Shown: positions 24,301-38,541 of the stretch, one piece after another | How positions within the stretch are numbered: the stretch's first letter is position 1 | How the letters are laid out: each line of letters begins with the position of its first letter | Origin: Yuukianura sp. NJ FZ-2021 | Lineage: Eukaryota | NCBI GenBank assembly: GCA_046563655.1 | Contig: CM102289.1 | Span: forward strand, 6,076,001 to 6,140,000 | Direction of reading: 5' to 3' | DNA: 64,000 nt | Position numbers and translations under genes: made by a program | Notes under the pieces: model-generated | What the model saw: only the letters and a program-made list of their open reading frames with translations | Databases searched by the model: none | What the model was told of the DNA's origin: nothing

Positions 24301-27300
24301 GTACGTATTTTAGCCGTGGGAGAGTAAAGTTATTAAATTTATAATTAAAAAGTAAGGTGAGTCTTGCAAAAAGCGGCTTTTTGTCCAATTAACCTTCATA
24401 TCATCGGCCTCATCACACGCTCATTGTTTTATAGGCTTAGGAGTTTAAGAAATTGGTTTCCTTTTAAATTAATTATGTGAAGAAAACGGGGTATAAGTTA
24501 ACTGAAAAGGAGCGTGTGTATGTTTTTTTCAATAGGTTAATGTGTATCTTTTTACAAAAATCTTAACCTTTGATCTTCTGTAGGTTTGAAGGACTTGAGG
24601 CTGCCAAGAACAAAGGAAAAAAACGTGTCCGTGAAAAAATGAGTTAACTTCGAATACGAAAAGTTGAGAAAATTTAAAGGTTAGGTACGTTGGGAACTAG
24701 AAAGTACCGTAAAACTTCTAATAACTGGCGTTGTTGCATTACGCCGGTTCTCCATTAATCAGCGGTTTTCCTTCCCCAGCAAGCGCTGGATATGCAATAC
24801 CGGGAAAAAACTTGAGATTTTGAATATACGTCCGGGCGTTTATTAGAAGTTTTACGGTAACTTTTTTAGTTTATGTTTTTCGTTTAGGGAAGAAATGATG
24901 TGGGTGGATGTTGTTTGTTGTTTAAAATCCAGTTAACTTTTTTAGTATTATTTTCCAGAACGCGATAGGAGATGAAGGAAGGAGTTGCAGGGAAGTTGCA
25001 GTAGTTGATCAATATTTGACATTCAGCTGCTGGTTTTGTGGTAGATTTATTTACATTTGACGAGCATGTTTTAGTTGCAGTGTTTAGAATTTTTTTTTGG
25101 TTTGGAAAAAAAAAACGAAGAGGGGCGAATAAGTGGCGTTTCTTCATTAAAATTCAGTTATGTCCCTATGGGCTGGGTTGAAATTTTGATCGAAAAAACA
25201 GGCGGAGGGAAGGCGAAGTCAGTGAAGAATTGATTCCAGTTTTAAGTTCAATCCTTCAATCAGTTATCCAATTGTAGAGTAGTAAACTTCTTCTTCTTCC
25301 TGTATCTGTAGGCTACTCTGTGTGCCAAAATACCGGTTTGAAAAGACCTGAAGGTGTTTTCTTAAGATTAGACTGAAAAATGCTTAAATCTCCACCTCTC
25401 GTTCTCCAGTTTCTCCGAAGAGAGAATTCTAATAGTAAAGGAACTTTGTTCTAAGTTCTAAGTTTATAATTTTTAGTTCTAGATTTTCTGAATTTTGGAC
25501 GAGTTTCTAATTTTGATTTTTGTGAAGTTTCAGATCAAGGAGGCTGGACAGAAGGACGGAGTCAAGGAATGGACACTGCGCATGATTTTGAATTTTTGCC
25601 ACCACCGACCCACGCTAGACTTCCTCCCGATGGACATGAATCACCAAATAACATGAACAACAACTGGGCAGAACAAAACTATACGCCACCACCCTTACCA
25701 GACTCAGCTCCGCCTGATGATGATCCACCACCGCTTCCTACTTCAGGTCCACCTAATGTTCCGTCCAGAACTTATCATCGTCATGCTAAAGTGGACATAG
25801 AGATGGAACCGAATGTCATGGAGCCAAGTATCAAAAGTGTCAAAGATAAAATTGCACTGTTTTCATCCTCTGCCTCATCCACGGTTGAAGATAATGTAGA
25901 CTTCCAGAAACTGCCCTTGAACAACAACTATTCTCACCAAGCGAACGTGTCAGTCGAATCAAATTGTCAAGGGACACTCCTAGAGGAAAGGAGAAAGTCA
26001 ATTTCGAGGCTTCGCGGACTTGTTCTTACAGACAAACCGCAAATGCACTCACCACTCCTTGACCTACCTACGATACGTAGCAAAGATGCACCACTCATCA
26101 CCTCTATAATTCCAAAGGTTCAACCGGCAAACAAACAGCAACGAACCAATTCCCAGACAGAAATTGAAATTAAAGAAGAACCGCCAGAAAATCAAAATCA
26201 GTGGAAAGTTCCACTTCCAAAGTATTCGCCTGCTTTCAAAAGAAGAACGCTTGCTCCATACGTTCCACCAAAACCGCAACCAAGGCTTCCAGACATTAGT
26301 TGTCAACAAATTTCGTCTTCTGCTGAAGACTTGACTGCTCCTTCTCCAACACTACCCAATGGGAAGGAAGAAAGAGATGAAAGCGACAAAGACTCGGCAG
26401 TCCCTTCAAGTCCACCCAGTTCCCTTCCTCAAGAAATTACGCCACCAAACTCACCACTTCCTGAAGTATCGGAAGAAAAAAGTTATGATCATTATGCTAG
26501 TGGAGGAGATGAGCCTGACCACAACGGCTACACGCATGCGCATGAAGAACGAACAGAGTTTATTCAGTCTCCGCTCCAGGCTATATTTGACATGGAGGCT
26601 CAAATGGCCTATGTAAACGAAATCTGTGATGCTCTTCCCTCTCCAGGAGGGGGAGACTTTTTCCATAAGCGACGTGATTCTGAAGTTACAGTAATCGAAA
26701 GACCAATTGCGCAGACGAAGGTTTCCACAAATCGAGACAGAGAGACAAAGAGTCCTGGAAGAGAAACGAGTACGACTACTACCACCATAACCTCATCAAC
26801 TTTGACCAAAGAGACGCAAATGTCATCACAATGGAGTAAAGGAACTGGAAGTAGAAGAGAGTCGCAAGATAGTACGCATGCTCCTGTTCAAGTCCAGCAG
26901 CCACAGAGTCATACCATTGCAGATAAAGTTTTGCCAAAAGTTACAGGTATTTTGGAAAAGAAAATTGAGCGGATCATTGAGAAAACGTCAACAGAAACGA
27001 GAACAAAAACTTCATCAACTTCGATTCCACGCGGCAGAAATGATTTCAAGTCATTGGCAGAAAAATGGCAACAAATTTCTAAACAAGAAAAATCGACTGA
27101 ACAGGCTCCTGCTGCTGCCAGTACAAATAAAACTTTGGTAAAAGAATTTACACCACCACCGCATGCCAGAGCAACGAGGGCTTTAAGTGTAACTGATATA
27201 AGAAAAACGTTTGAAAAGTCGGAAGATGTTGCTGACTCTTCGGCATCTTCAAATCAGTCTCCCCGTGAAGACGGTAAAGGAAGTCCACCAGAGTTGTTGT

Positions 27301-28541
27301 CACCTCCATCAGCCCACTTTCGGGTATCCTCCTTCGACAGTACTACGAGTGAAGAAAGTAGTACACCGGGAACGAGTTTCATGTCTTCAGTACCTCGTGA
27401 TCCATATGGGTCAATAACCTCATTAGCTTCTTCCACAAGCCTCATATCACCTCAGGTATTGTTGTCAACATAACTTGCGTAAAGTAAATGTTGTCGCAAT
27501 ACTAAACTTATTGACGTTTAATTGTAGGAACTTCAACAATTAATTGAAGAAGCAAACCAAAGTTTAGAGGAGGCGGGAACTCCAACACATGAAGTCAGTG
27601 TAGTGATTTTACATCGAGAATTCCCTGGTGGAAGCCTTGGGATCACGCTGGCCGGTGGAGCAGATTACGAAACTAAAGAAATAACAGTAAGTTTTCGAAA
27701 CTGGTGTTATCATGTTTTCACTTTTGTATTTAAAACGTCTTGAGCATGATTAATTTTTGAATGGATTCTTGCTAATTACAATAAAATTTTCATAGGTCCA
27801 TAAAGTATTGTCTGGGAGCATTGCAGATCGTGATGGTCGAATTCATCGAGGAGATCGTGTTCTTTCCATCAATGGTTACTCAACATTCAAAGGACTAACG
27901 CATAGAGAGGCACTTAATCTTCTCAAGGTAGAAATGAAAGAAAAGGTTTTGAGAGGTGCTATTAAATGGAGGTTTTAAAATGAGATTTAAATAAATTGTG
28001 CTTTGTTTAGGCCCCACGGTGTGAAGTGGTTTTAGTAGTGTCGAGAGGGCGAAGTGGAACAAATTCTTTCTCGACTATTGATGAAACTATGGTGTGCCTC
28101 GACCGTGCCGTGGAACCATTGCTGAATGGAACAGTCGTTTCTACTTATGAAAATGAAGAGGAGCATTTACAGGCATGGGGACCTACTAAAACTGTGATCC
28201 TGCACAAGGACGGGGCTGGACTCGGATTTAGCCTGGATGGAGGCAAAGGGTCCATCTTGGGAGACAAGCCGCTGACGATCAAGAAAATATTTGTTGGTAC
28301 GGTTTTAAAAGATTCTGGAGAATAACAGAATATTTGCAGCGATTTCGATGACATCGAACTTTTTTGTGTGTTTGTAGGAGGACCGGCTGAGAAGTCAAGA
28401 GGCCTCTGTGTTGGTGACCTCATAACAGCGATTAACGGTACGAAAATGAGTTCAAAGTCACGGACGGAAGCTTGGAATTTTATGAAGAAGTTGGGAGATG
28501 GTGAAGTGAGGGTATCCGTCCGATCACCGATTCTGTCCTAA
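18338..28541 (+). CDS. Large multi-PDZ scaffold protein (big bang / PDZD2 / pro-IL-16-like)
   Basis: Phase-compatible exons 18338-19797, 21396-21712 and 25534-27455, then four short exons to TAA at 28539-28541. PDZ carboxylate-binding loops [17 protein letters not shown] and GLGFSLDGG, separated by long Pro/Ser-rich disordered linkers. Confidence 0.85.
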
Positions 28542-29122
28542 GAAAAATACAACTGTAAACCTACAAAATCAAGTGCATTTTAAAGACGCCTTCCAATTAA
28601 TAATTATGTTAACAAAAATGCTAGAAAATGTCCGCAAAGTAAAGTTAAATTAATGAAGATTCTCTTAAGATGAGAGCAAACAAATCGTGAATGACATTTT
28701 CTGAGTTTGATGAAATAAATCGCGCATGATTACTATAATTATTATTAAATAATTTATTATTGTTGAACGGAATGCCTCTTTTTTTTAACTTAGTGACCTT
28801 TGACTTGCAAATAAACTTTTAGTCGAATTTCTCTAACAAATTCACAAAATGTTTCACTAACAGTGAGATATGCCAACATCTGACTGGGCGGTAAAGTAAA
28901 AACTCCAAAGAGAAAGACAAACGACAAAACATTACTGCATACACAAAAGAAAACAAAAAGTCGTCAAAAGAGGTGGGGGTAACGAGGTTAGAAAGTTATA
29001 AAATTAAACCAGCGATTTAATTGGTTAACTCTACTCAATTAGCGAATCTGGTTCAATATCTAAGCAAAAACGAAGGGCGAAGATCGATCCGAACACGAAG
29101 GGCATGCAGAAGTTCGGAGATA

Positions 29123-31387
29123 ATGGAGGTAAGTACAATTTCTCCGAATTTAAAACACTCCTTGTTTTTGCCTGTTATTGTGTTTTGCTAAAAAATTTTT
29201 CATTTATGCATTTTTCAGCAATGATTCATCGATCCGAAACTGCAGAGACTTCTAGCAATTAATTGATACCTTCTCCAGCATCTACCTACTAATTTGTTGG
29301 TTTAACCAACGAAGCATTACGAACGAAATTAGATCAAGAAACCGGCTAGATTGGGGCAAGTGTCAAGCAGCTATAATGTTGTAAGGTTAGGTTTTTAAAA
29401 AACTCGAAGTCCACGCGCATTTTAGAGCGAATATGAATCTCTCCTGGCTGCGCACGGACTTTGTCTTTCTTACTGCTTGACACTTGCCCCAATCCACCCC
29501 AAGAAACCAGACCGGTTGAAAAGTACGGTAAATACTTACACTTTCACAATATCGTCACAATTTTAGTGATATACAGATGTACCTACAACGTAATCGCATT
29601 TGTGCTCCCAAGGTTTTTCCCTTCAGTGTCAGTCAATATTATGTTTGTCGGATTGTGAATTTGTGCTAATCCGAATACAACACTTATTTTTAGGACGACA
29701 CGATGAGGCGGCAGAGGAAACAGAATAATGTACCAGCACCCGTGAAAAGTATTCGGCCGAGCAGAGTGGCACGGTTGTCGTCTAGTTCTGACGATAGCGA
29801 TCAAGGCCAAGGTAATGAGGCATATACCATGGACACTGCAGCCTCTCTCAGCGCCCTCAACATCGACGATGAAGATGAGCCAATGCCGTCAACCTCGAGG
29901 GGAGGACCAAGATCATCCCAGTCTCAGGGCTTGGTTACCATGGGCAATGGGTCGGGTCTTGGGGGGCGAAAGGAAATTCGGAAGCAGTACAATACGCTGA
30001 TTGAAAAATGTCAAGGTATGGTTAAAGAATCTCCATAAAGCTAAAGCAAATATTTATCGTTGAAATTACATACGTTTTTAGAGTTCGAGGAGAAGGACGG
30101 GTTTGATAAGACCATGGAAGAACTGATGAGTAAGAACATTGGCAAAGGACAGAAACTTTTTGATGAAATTTCTGGTAAGCACTTTTGCCTTAACGATACA
30201 ATTTACTGATAAAGGTTCATAACTCTATGGTGTAATTCATATTCGTTTTCAGGCGGCCCTGGTGACATGTTCCTTGCCTTCATGCATACTCGAATTTGCT
30301 CGAGCATGCTAAAGAGCAAAACTGCGAACATTGGCAGCAACACTTCTGCTTTCAAAGTGGATTTGTTCCTTAGCAGTTTGGTAACGTGCAATCCAAATCC
30401 AACTTGGAGTCATTGGATGTCAGTCAGTTTTTTTGCAGCGTGTTTCCTTTTGTAAATTTTTCAGTTGGAGAAGTGTGTCACTGCTGGGGGCGAGTACGAT
30501 CCGCGTCAGGCGGTCAAATGTATCTCATCAAGTGCCACAGACTGCTGCAGAACGCTGAATCCTATGACTGTCATAGTTGGTGCAATCGAGCAGAAAGCTC
30601 AGGACCCCGCAGCCTCTAAAGAAAAAGAAAAGAAGCAGCGTGCTCCAATTCGCAAGCGACAGTTTGATGACACCGCTGCCTCTCAGGCAACCCACCGTGA
30701 ATTGATGACCAAAATGAATTCTCAACCCCAATCTTCTCAAAAGGGGGGCCACGAATCCTTTTCGAAGGAAATTCTTGCAGTGTTGAAGACTCGGTGTCGA
30801 AGTGCACCGGAGAAGTCAATGAATATCTTTGAATTTATTTTGGACAAGTCATCTTTTGCAAGCACAATTGAATCACTTTTCTATGTTGCCTTCTTGGTAC
30901 GAGATGGAGAAGTGAGTTTCTTTCGTCAAGGTAAATTCGGCCCGTCATTGTTAGATCATAGTTCAGCCCTTTACATATTTTTCAAAAATTAACAATTTGA
31001 GTCTTGACAATAGATAATCAGCCGAACCATGACTACACGATTTCAATTAAGCCAGAAACACCACCGGCAATCGAGAGTGAAACTGTCCGCGACAAGGTTC
31101 GTAAGAAGAAGAAGAAAAAGAAGTCCAAGACACGGGCATCTGAGAGGTCACAGTTTATCCTTTCATTTTCGGTTCAGCAGTGGAGGGTAAGTGTGAAGAA
31201 TTTAATCAAAAGTATTGTCGGTCTCACGGCTCACACAAAGTTAATCTTAACATAACTATAGGAACTATGTGCTTTGTCAACTGGTGAGAACATTATTTCG
31301 GATCATAAGCAACGCATGAACAATGCAGCTGATGACGAAGAAATTGAACGAGGTCATATTGAAGAAATGGATGAAGATGACGAGTAA
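29123..31387 (+). CDS. Nse4: Non-structural maintenance of chromosomes element 4 (SMC5/6 kleisin)
   Basis: ATG GAG|gtaagt at 29123 splices in frame to 29694. Nse4 C-terminal signature IFEFILDKSSFASTIESLFYVAFLVRDG and QFILSFSVQQW. N-terminal RKEIRKQY motif. Stop at 31385-31387. Confidence 0.8.
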
Positions 31388-31991
31388 TGGAATTCTAGAA
31401 AACTTTCTACATTTTGGAGTTTAGCTTTTAACATTTTAGTACATAATATTGAACAGAACACCTGTTAGCCAGTCAGTTCTCGTCCACCTAAACCAGCATT
31501 CGAAATTAAGCTTAATTAATTAGTTTTCTGCCACTTATTATCGTAAATATATTAGGAACAAATCACTGTGAAAAAATGTTTACTTTTTCAAGTATAAAAT
31601 CAATACATTTTAGGTAGTTCGGAAAAATAAATTAATATATGTAAGTTTTTTCTTCACTTCCGGCATTCAACTTCAACATCACTTTAATTGTTAACTGTTA
31701 CAATACAATAATTAGAGGTTGCGAAAACTCATTGTCATTCAATTTTTATACCGTACCCGTACCGGACGGTGAACTTATTTGAATTAGAAATATTTTTTGG
31801 CACCAATTTGATTTTATAAAAACATGTTTTGGAAAAAAATAAAAAGAGAAACAAGAAATCTCGTTAGTTCCGCGATAACGTAACAACTCATAGTCGTAAC
31901 GTCTAATTTGCAATAAGAAAATTGAAAAAATTAATTCCAAGTTGTGGTGTGGTCGACGACAGTATTTTAAACCCTGGAATTCCAATTCACG

Positions 31992-33621
31992 ATGCTAACT
32001 GCTAGAATCCTATTTCGTGGTTTTGCCAGAATGTCACCGCGTGGCCAGGATATGACACCGATTCCCTCGTTGGGAAAACAACCTCGACTTCTAAAAGTAG
32101 CCATAATTGGTATGCCAAACGCTGGGAAAAGCACACTGATCAATCGCCTTATGGAATTGGACGTATGAAATTATTCGTTTTGAATTATGTAGTTAAAGAA
32201 TTACTAATAAGTTGGACTAATTTCCTAGGTTTGTCCAGTTTCGAAGCGTGTCCATACCACTAGACAAACTCAAAAAGCGATTTTTCTACAGAACGATACC
32301 CAAATTGTATTCGTTGATACTCCTGGTGTTGTAAACAGGAAAGAAATCAAAAAGTAAGCACTGCAATACAATTCTTTTAAATGTATCGAAATTTTCGATT
32401 CGAAATGCAGAATCCTTTTCAGCATACTGGTGTTTTTATAATATTAGATTTCAGTTGTCGACGGAATTTGCAACGGCTCCTGAAACAGCAATAAAGGATG
32501 CAGATGTAATTGGTGTTATCCACGATATTTCAAACAGAATTTTAAGACATAAATTAGATCCGCGATTGGTAAACGTATTGAATCAGTTTCCAGAGAAGGA
32601 TTCAATACTGATACTGAATAAGGTAGATACTTTGGATTTTTTTTCATGAAAAGTGTAGCAGAAATTCTTAAAGATTGTTATTAATTTAGGTAGATGCTGT
32701 AAAATTCAAACGCAGTCTCTTAGATGCTGTTCGATATTTAACTGATGGACTTGTCGGCGGTAAACCGATTTCTGTGACGGTACCAAAGGTTCAAAAACGT
32801 TTGTCGAAGGAAGACTTATTTGCCAGAGCAAGTATACGACAACAAGATTTACCAATGCAAGAAAAGGAAAAATTACTTAGGAATCAGTCCTCCGACCTTG
32901 AATCTACTGACGATCGTAGTGAAAATGATACACGTAAGTATTCAAATGGAGATAACTTATCACTCAAGGCGACATTTTCAAAAATGCTTTTGAATTATAG
33001 AGGAATTTGAGGTAAACGGATGGGGTGGTTTTAGAGACGTCTTCATGATCTCTGCTCTTTCTGGTGATGGAGTGAATCTGTTACAGGTAACAGCGTTAGC
33101 TAACTTAATTCCATAACTCATCAAAATAAATCCATTTCCGAAAATCTGATTTTCTTATCCCAGGACTATTTCGTTAGCAATGCTCAACCGGCTGCTTGGG
33201 AATTTGATGAAGAAGTACTGACTGATTGCCCACCGATGGACCTCGCCCAGAAAATACTTAAAGCCAAACTCCTGGAATTTCTTCCACAAGAAATCCCATA
33301 TACTGTAACGCCTTCACTAGATTTTTGGGAGGAAAATGCTGAAGGTATAGGAGAAGCTTTCAACTTTTAATCATAATGACTATTTTCCATTAAAAAACAA
33401 TGGTTTTTTTTGTAACTTTAGGTACACTTCGAATCGTATTCGGACTCCATTGTCCCAAAGAACGATACGCCAAAATCGTCATAGGTCAAGGTGGCTCCAA
33501 TATTAATCAAATTACAATCGCAATGGAAAAGGATCTAACTAGAATTCTTCAAAAAACAATCGACCTTCACCTCAAAGTTATTCTTCCAGAAAAATCTTCG
33601 ACTAAAAAGACGACCAGCTAA
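31992..33621 (+). CDS. ERAL1: Mitochondrial Era GTPase
   Basis: Arg-rich targeting-like N-terminus. G1 GMPNAGKST, G2 VSKRVHTTR, G3 DTPG, G4 NKVD, G5 ISA, QEIPY, and KH domain IGQGG. Confidence 0.92.
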
Positions 33622-33781
33622 ACTCTAAGCTAAGTTTTATGATTTTGTGTGGCAATGATTTATATTGACATTTATTTTTTATAATGCTTCCGTAAGCAAT
33701 TCTAGTAAACTTTCGTTGTAGATATTAAACACTCCCAGAGTTGTTAACCCTGACGTCAGCCAAACTTTATCATGATGATGT

Positions 33782-34102
33782 TGCACTGCAATAACAACGC
33801 TTGTACTGTACCTACTCCTCTGCAACAAACTTCGTCACGCTGAAAATGGTAAAATGGCGGTTGGTATGCAACCATCGGCAGCTTCGTGTGTGGTAGTGAT
33901 GGGAGACAAGGAAACGGATTCATTTTTTTATTTTATTCCGCTTCTCCATTTCCTCAGTGAATGAAATTCCTTTTCCTTGTCTCCCATAATACCCACACAC
34001 GAAGCTGCCGGTGGTTGCATAACAACCGCCATTTTACCATTGTCAGCTTGGCGAAGTTTGGTGTAGAAGAGCAGTAGCAGAAGTTTTCTTGACTGCACTG
34101 CA
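33782..34102. repeat. Long imperfect inverted repeat (arms about 33810-33923 and 33960-34075) flanked by a 9-bp direct repeat; possible MITE or hairpin-RNA locus
   Basis: AATGGTAAAATGGCGGTTG...GGCAGCTTCGTGTGTGG...ATGGGAGACAAGGAAA pairs with TTTCCTTGTCTCCCAT...CCACACACGAAGCTGCC...CAACCGCCATTTTACCATT. TGCACTGCA occurs at 33782-33790 and 34094-34102. Confidence 0.8.
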
Positions 34103-34293
34103 CATCTGATTTTGAAAAAAGAATTAGCCGTTAGTAGATTAGATACGCCTATTGCGTGTTTAACGAATATTTTATCTCTTTAAGCTTTAAAAACGAATGT
34201 AAAAGGATACAAAAGTATCAGATCCGAAACGAGAAGCCATTTATTACAAAGAACCTCAAGATCAAGTCCGACTGAGTGGTCCAAAGATCCAAT

Positions 34294-34815
<522 letters not shown>

Positions 34816-34954
34816 AATTTTTAATCGTAAGGTCTTAATCTCATAAATTAGTAAAATAAAATTAAACTAAACAACTATAGTTGTTCCATATCAGTCTAAG
34901 ATATATTTTGTGTAAATCGTAAAAAATGAGCTCCATTTGCCGAACAATTGAAGG

Positions 34955-37390
34955 TTATAGTTCCGGCGTAGAGTTCACACTTTCTGAAGCTGAATTTTCG
35001 GTAACAACCAACGTTGTAGTAAAAGTTCCATTTTGAATCAGAATAGGATCGCTTCTAGAGCCATATGATGGCACAGGTTCATAAGCGACAAAGCTACGAT
35101 GCTCTCTGCTTCCAAATACTTGCGAACTGCCACTGCTTCTGTCCTCTTCGGATGAGGTCAAGTTTGGTGTCACTGACCCAACGGTACTGTCCTCCGTTGA
35201 CGCTGATGAAGTTGACATTTTTTCCGAAAGGCAAATACAAGCTGACGGAAGAAAAACCGAGCGAATCAGAGGACATCGTTCTTGATTTTCTGGATCCAGA
35301 ACAGCCAATCGTTGAGCAGTAAAACGCTGGACACATTTGGTTCCAGCACCGTTGTTGGCCAGTTGACGCTTGAATGTTGGCGAGTCGTGAGCAAATGAAC
35401 AAATACTGATTTGTGCTTCTTGTTTCCAAATTTCAGTCTTAAAAAATGTAGATAAAATTGAATTTCATTTTGTAAAATTCAAAATTTCAGAACGACTTAC
35501 CTGCAAAATTACGAGCCACTCCCCATCTTCATTTTTGGCCCAGCCAGGCGTAATTTTTATTTCTTCCGTGTCACAAATTGGACTGCCTTTGAAATCTTTC
35601 CAGCTCCACCCTTTGTTCTTTGGTAGTTTTTGGCGGGAAGAGAGGCGTGGCGTTTTGCGACTGGTGTTCCGCGTCATGACAATGTCGTAATGTACTTCTG
35701 TCCGTGGAAGTGGTGCAATCAGATGAGCTAGCAGAGCTGAACAGCGACTTGCTATTCGTTCTACTTGGGCTCTAAAAAGTTTCAACGTACTTCAAACTTT
35801 GAATTAACCTCAAAAAATATGTTTTTAGACTTACAGTGGGTAGTGGACCGATACCGGACAAAATCCGTACCGATGAAACTGTTCGCATTTTGCCGGACGC
35901 ACGCGTACGTGCGGCTTGATTTTACTGTAAACTGGAAACTTGCTTTGTTTGGCCTTTGAAGTTGGCATGAGCAATGACGACATCGTACCCGTTTTCCATT
36001 CATTTGAAAATCCGGTTCCGGAAACAGTCGGAGATTGGAAATTGTCGTTTTGGAAATTTGATTTTTGAATTTGAAAATTTTTCTTATTCGGTTTCACCCA
36101 ATCTTCAATTCGTTCACTAGAAGATCCTGTCGTTGTTCCGAATTGGACACTATCGGTGTCGTAGTACCGTCCACGATCCGGTTCCGACGGAACCATTTCT
36201 ATGCTGGATGCGGATGGTGGAAAGGAAGGTGGGGATGGAAATGCTGGAACAGTCGCAGCAGTCCACATTTCGGAAGTGGTCGGCTCTGGTTCTGGAGTGA
36301 TCGACGTTGGAGTTGTGCTTTGTGCAGCCAATTGACTGGTGTTCCACTGCGCATAACTATTTGTGTAAACTTCGTGTGATGCCGTAGTTCCATAATGTGA
36401 AGCGTACTGATGGTATGAAACTGGTTTAAATCCAGATTCGAATCTTGGCGCGTCTTTGGCATCCGAAGCAGAAAACGAACTGGATGCCTTGGAATCTATA
36501 CCAGCTTCTAAGGGATAATTTCTGGAATAGTCTCTATGGTACTCTACAGCTCCGGAATCGCTAAGCATCGGAGAAGGTCGGAAGTCACTCGGCGCAGATG
36601 ACCCACTACCGCCATTTTCAAATTTCGGTTTTGAAAAATGTGAATTCGAACTAAATGAAATTGGCTGTGGAGCTTTGAAAGTGTTATCGGGAATTTCCAT
36701 TTGTGTCTCACTTTCATGCATTACATGTATTTGCGTCGGCGCAGAACTTTCCACTCGTTCTTGTGCAGCTCCTTCAGCATCCTTCCCGCCAGCCATTGGT
36801 AGTAGCAGCGAAGATGTCGTTGTTGTTTCAAAAAAATTTTGTGGAACATCCATTGGCGGTTTTGGAGCCGGAGGAGTTGCAATTATTGGGGTAAAGTGAG
36901 ACTGCGTTTGAGGCCTTTGGGCATGCGAGACTGTATTTAGATTGTTGATTTGAAGCGACGGAATGAACTGATTTGGGCCTTGGATTTTGTAGCTATGAGA
37001 AGGAGGATGCGGATATTTTTGCGGTAAAAACTGAAACTTACTCGGTTTTCTTGCCGACATCGGTTGAGCAATTAGAATTCCTTTCTTCCCATTGGCTGAA
37101 GCACTGGCCATTAGAGCTTGAGGAATTGGCAATGCATTTTGTTTACCAAAACCTGCAAAGCGATTATTTCCATGATTCTGATTGACGGAACCTGCAACTT
37201 GTTGGTCCGCATGCGTAGAGTAAATGTTCGGCCATGGTGGACGAGCACGAAACAGAACTGCTAAGGAATTCAAAAATGGCGGTGAAGAACCGTTCACGTT
37301 ATTTACTAAAACCAGTATTACCATTCCAATCAAAAAACGTTTTAACGACAGTTTCCTCAAACTAATACTAAAATTCCAAAATATCTTCAT
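34955..37390 (-). CDS. Spaetzle/neurotrophin-like secreted cystine-knot protein
   Basis: Hydrophobic N-terminus and long low-complexity prodomain (exon 37390-35835), then FC-x-YP motif (YGFCPVSVHYPL). Exons 35771-35501 and 35437-34955 encode PICDTEEIKITPGWAKNEDGEWLVILQ...C...KCVQRF...FLPSACIC, a spaetzle-type cystine-knot pattern. Confidence 0.8.
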
Positions 37391-37808
37391 TTTAAAAACT
37401 AAAATTTTAATTCGAAATTATTTTAACTCAAAACTCCAACAACAGAAAATGGTCGCCTTTTGTTGTTAGCCAAGATCAAGTTCAATGACAAATGATTAAG
37501 AAAAGGGAAAAGTGGAAGTTTCAATTTCATTTGTTCAATTTTTTTTTACAAAGGAAACAAACGTTCCGTTTCTTGAACTCCATTGTTTTCAAATTTCAAT
37601 TTCACTTTAAGCGAGTTGCCGGTAAAATATGAATTTAAACATTTCCGCCTGTTCGCACGCTCTTATGCTCTCATTTCTACGGTCGCTTCCGTCGATTTCA
37701 TTTTCTTTTCCCTTTATGGTCAACTGCTGTCGCTTCTTCAATTTGGAATTTAATTTACTTTCGTTGACGTCGCGTGCAAAATAAACCGCAAAACCTCAAC
37801 TCCACCCA

Positions 37809-37880
37809 TGTTGTTTTTCTCAGAGACTTTTATTAAGACGAATGCTGTTGTTTTTCTATGAGACTTTTATTAAGACGAAT
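37809..37880. repeat. Tandem duplication of about 35 bp (TGTTGTTTTTCT..GAGACTTTTATTAAGACGAAT x2)
   Basis: Copies at 37809-37843 and 37846-37880. Confidence 0.85.
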
Positions 37881-38541
37881 ACAATGCTTTGTCTTAGATT
37901 TTCAGATTACGAAGAAGGTGAAAGTTTGTTGCTGTTTCATAAAAAATTGTATGTCAAGGTCAACATTTCTTCACCAAAAATTGAGTTTCAGTTGTTCTGG
38001 TTTTATATTACGCTAAATATAATCTGCAGCCTCGATATTGTTACATTTAAAAAATCTAAAACAATGTGGGGGCAAAGTAATTAACAAAAAAACAAAAATA
38101 AAAAATTCATTATTAGAAGCAATCGAGATCAGGTTTTAATTTAAATCGATGTAATTTTCTGTCTGTTTTCTTTTTTCATTTTTTCCATTTTTAGACGCAA
38201 AACTCTAAATTCGTTTAATGAAATTTTTGTCTAAATTATGCCTAACCTAATCTTCCAAAACTTTCGAAACATAAGTTGACTTTTGATGTCTGCACAAAAA
38301 GCCCAGTCTCGAACTTCGCCATATTAAAAACACATAATATTTACAAGGTTGGTGATGATGAAATTACATCGATCAGGTTTTTGATTTTCAAAATTGTCCT
38401 CTGCTCAGACGCAGATTGAAACCATGAAATCGATATTGGTTCGCAAGTTTAGCAATTGTTTCGTAATTCATTTTTCTTCTATTTCATTGTCGGGAACGTT
38501 GGCAAAAAAAGTGCTAAAATTGTTCAAAAATGGCAATACTT

